A stretch of 64,000 bases of DNA. Origin: Vicinamibacterales bacterium. Lineage in GTDB: Bacteria > Acidobacteriota > Vicinamibacteria > Vicinamibacterales > JAMQPK01. Location: positions 1,718,329-1,782,328 of the forward strand of contig CAWGSZ010000009.1 in NCBI GenBank assembly GCA_963825295.1. The letters are read 5' to 3'. The position numbers were made by a program, and so were the translations under genes. The notes beneath the pieces were generated by a model. The model saw nothing but the letters and a program-made list of their open reading frames with translations. It was not told where the DNA came from and made no database searches. Positions 62,640-64,000 of this stretch are shown here, in pieces (position 1 is the first letter of the stretch; each line of letters begins with the position of its first letter).

Positions 62640-64000
62640 CTAGAAGAGGAACTTCAACCCGAACTGGAGCGATCTCGCCGCATTCGACGTCGCCGTGATG
62701 CGCCCGGCGGTCGCCGTATCGATCGCCGTGGCGGGCAGGTCGAAATAGACCGAGTTGAGGAGGTTGAACGCCTCCGCGCGGAATTCGAGCGTCTTGGAAC
62801 CTCCTACGCCAAACCGCTTGAAGATCGAGAAATCCACGTTCCACTGCTCGTCGCCGCGGAGCACGCCACGTTCGGTGTTGCCGTAAGCTGAAGTCCGCCG
62901 GCACCACAAAGGCCGTCGGATCGAACCACTGGAGTGAACGTCGGATCGTCCTGCTCACCCGATCTGATCTGGTTCGGACGCTGGCCACCCGACGCCGATG
63001 TTCGCCACATCGCGCGACACCGTGGGCGTGAACGGAAGACCGCTGCGGAAATTGATGATGCTCTGCGCCTGCCAACCGCCGAGGAGTCCGTTGGCAAGAG
63101 TTCCGGCATCGCTCATGTAACGTTTGCCTCTGCCGAACGGCAGCTCCGCGCCGAAGCTCGCCGCGAAGAGGTGCGTCGCGTCGAAAGCGGCCGGGCCGGT
63201 GTCGTACGTGAAGTTGCCGCCGATACCGGGAGCCGGAACTGGGTGGTCTCCGTCGACGAGTAGGTATACGACACGAGGTACCACACGCCGCCCGACGTCC
63301 GCTTCTGCAGCTTGCTCTGAAGCGCGTGATACTCGGTGTCACGCGCCTGGCTGTGGATGTTCATGTTGCCGAAGCGCGGATACGGCCGGCGCGCCTGCAT
63401 CGCTTCTGACCCGCGGCCGGAAGGTTGATCGGCTCCGCCTCCTGCTGGTTCAAGCCCCTCGTCCCGACGTAGTTCACTTCAAGGCTCATGCGGCTGGCGA
63501 TTTCGCGCTGCACGCCGAAATTCCATCGCTGGTCTGTGCCGAAATCGGCGTCGAGCGTCAGCGGGTTCCAGCCGACGCTGCCCACGCCGAGCGCCGAAGG
63601 GCACGCCAAGGAAGAAGTTTTCCATCGTCCGGTTGGGCACCACGTTGGTCGTCGCGTTGACGGTTTCGCTCATGCTGAACGGCAGGAAGTGGAAGTTCAG
63701 CCGGCCGCTCGTGCCCTCTGCTTCGTAGAACATGCCGTAGCCGCCGCGAAGGACGGTCCGGTCGCCCAGGCGGTAAGCGAATCCCACGCGCGGCGCCCAC
63801 TGCCCGTTGTCGTTCTTGGTCAACTGGATCGGCAGGCCGGCCTCGCTGCTGGTCTGGATCAGATCGCCGAACAACTGATAACCGACATCCGCGAGTGCCT
63901 GCGCGGCGAGGTCGATCTGGTCCGGTCTCGCTCGAGACGATGATGGATTTGGCCTGGGTTGGATCGAAGATGGCGCCCTGGTTGCGATAAGGCGTCAGCC
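62640..64000 (-). CDS. TonB-dependent receptor (Oar-like), C-terminal part; several frameshifts; runs off the right edge
   Basis: WAPRVGFAY..TVLRGGYGMFY, FRAEAFNLLN, RSLQFGLKFLF ending in Phe. Confidence 0.88.

Overview
High-GC bacterial chromosome segment. Gene content (Acidobacteria-type PQQ dehydrogenase/cytochrome c pairs, an Oar-like TonB receptor, TamAB) suggests Acidobacteriota, perhaps Vicinamibacteria; this is inference. Bases 1-46 kb are mostly housekeeping: nrdJ with tandem NrdR boxes, tamAB, acyl-CoA carboxylase, transaldolase, hslUV, an ECF/anti-sigma pair, two two-component systems, ABC-F, xerC-trmFO-topA-dprA, rplU-rpmA-obgE-nadD-rsfS, comF, tmk and lysA. Bases 46-64 kb are accessory: an ECF/STAS/radical SAM operon, a PHP protein, quinoprotein-cytochrome-Rieske genes, MFS, cupin, IclR and a TonB receptor. 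Many single-base frameshifts, including two in topA, look like sequencing errors. The most notable signal is non-coding: more than 20 short tandem arrays of 7-mers (at least 7 sequence families) and some 9-mers. They sit on stop codons, form gene-less inverted hairpins, or are inserted in frame in conserved enzymes. Two four-helix-bundle (23S-rRNA-IVP/Avd-like) genes are each bracketed by an inverted pair of 7-mer arrays, a different heptamer for each gene. Both carry a sigma-54-type -24/-12 motif exactly 13 nt before the ATG. GTAG-type REP palindromes and a second palindrome family also occur inside coding sequences.
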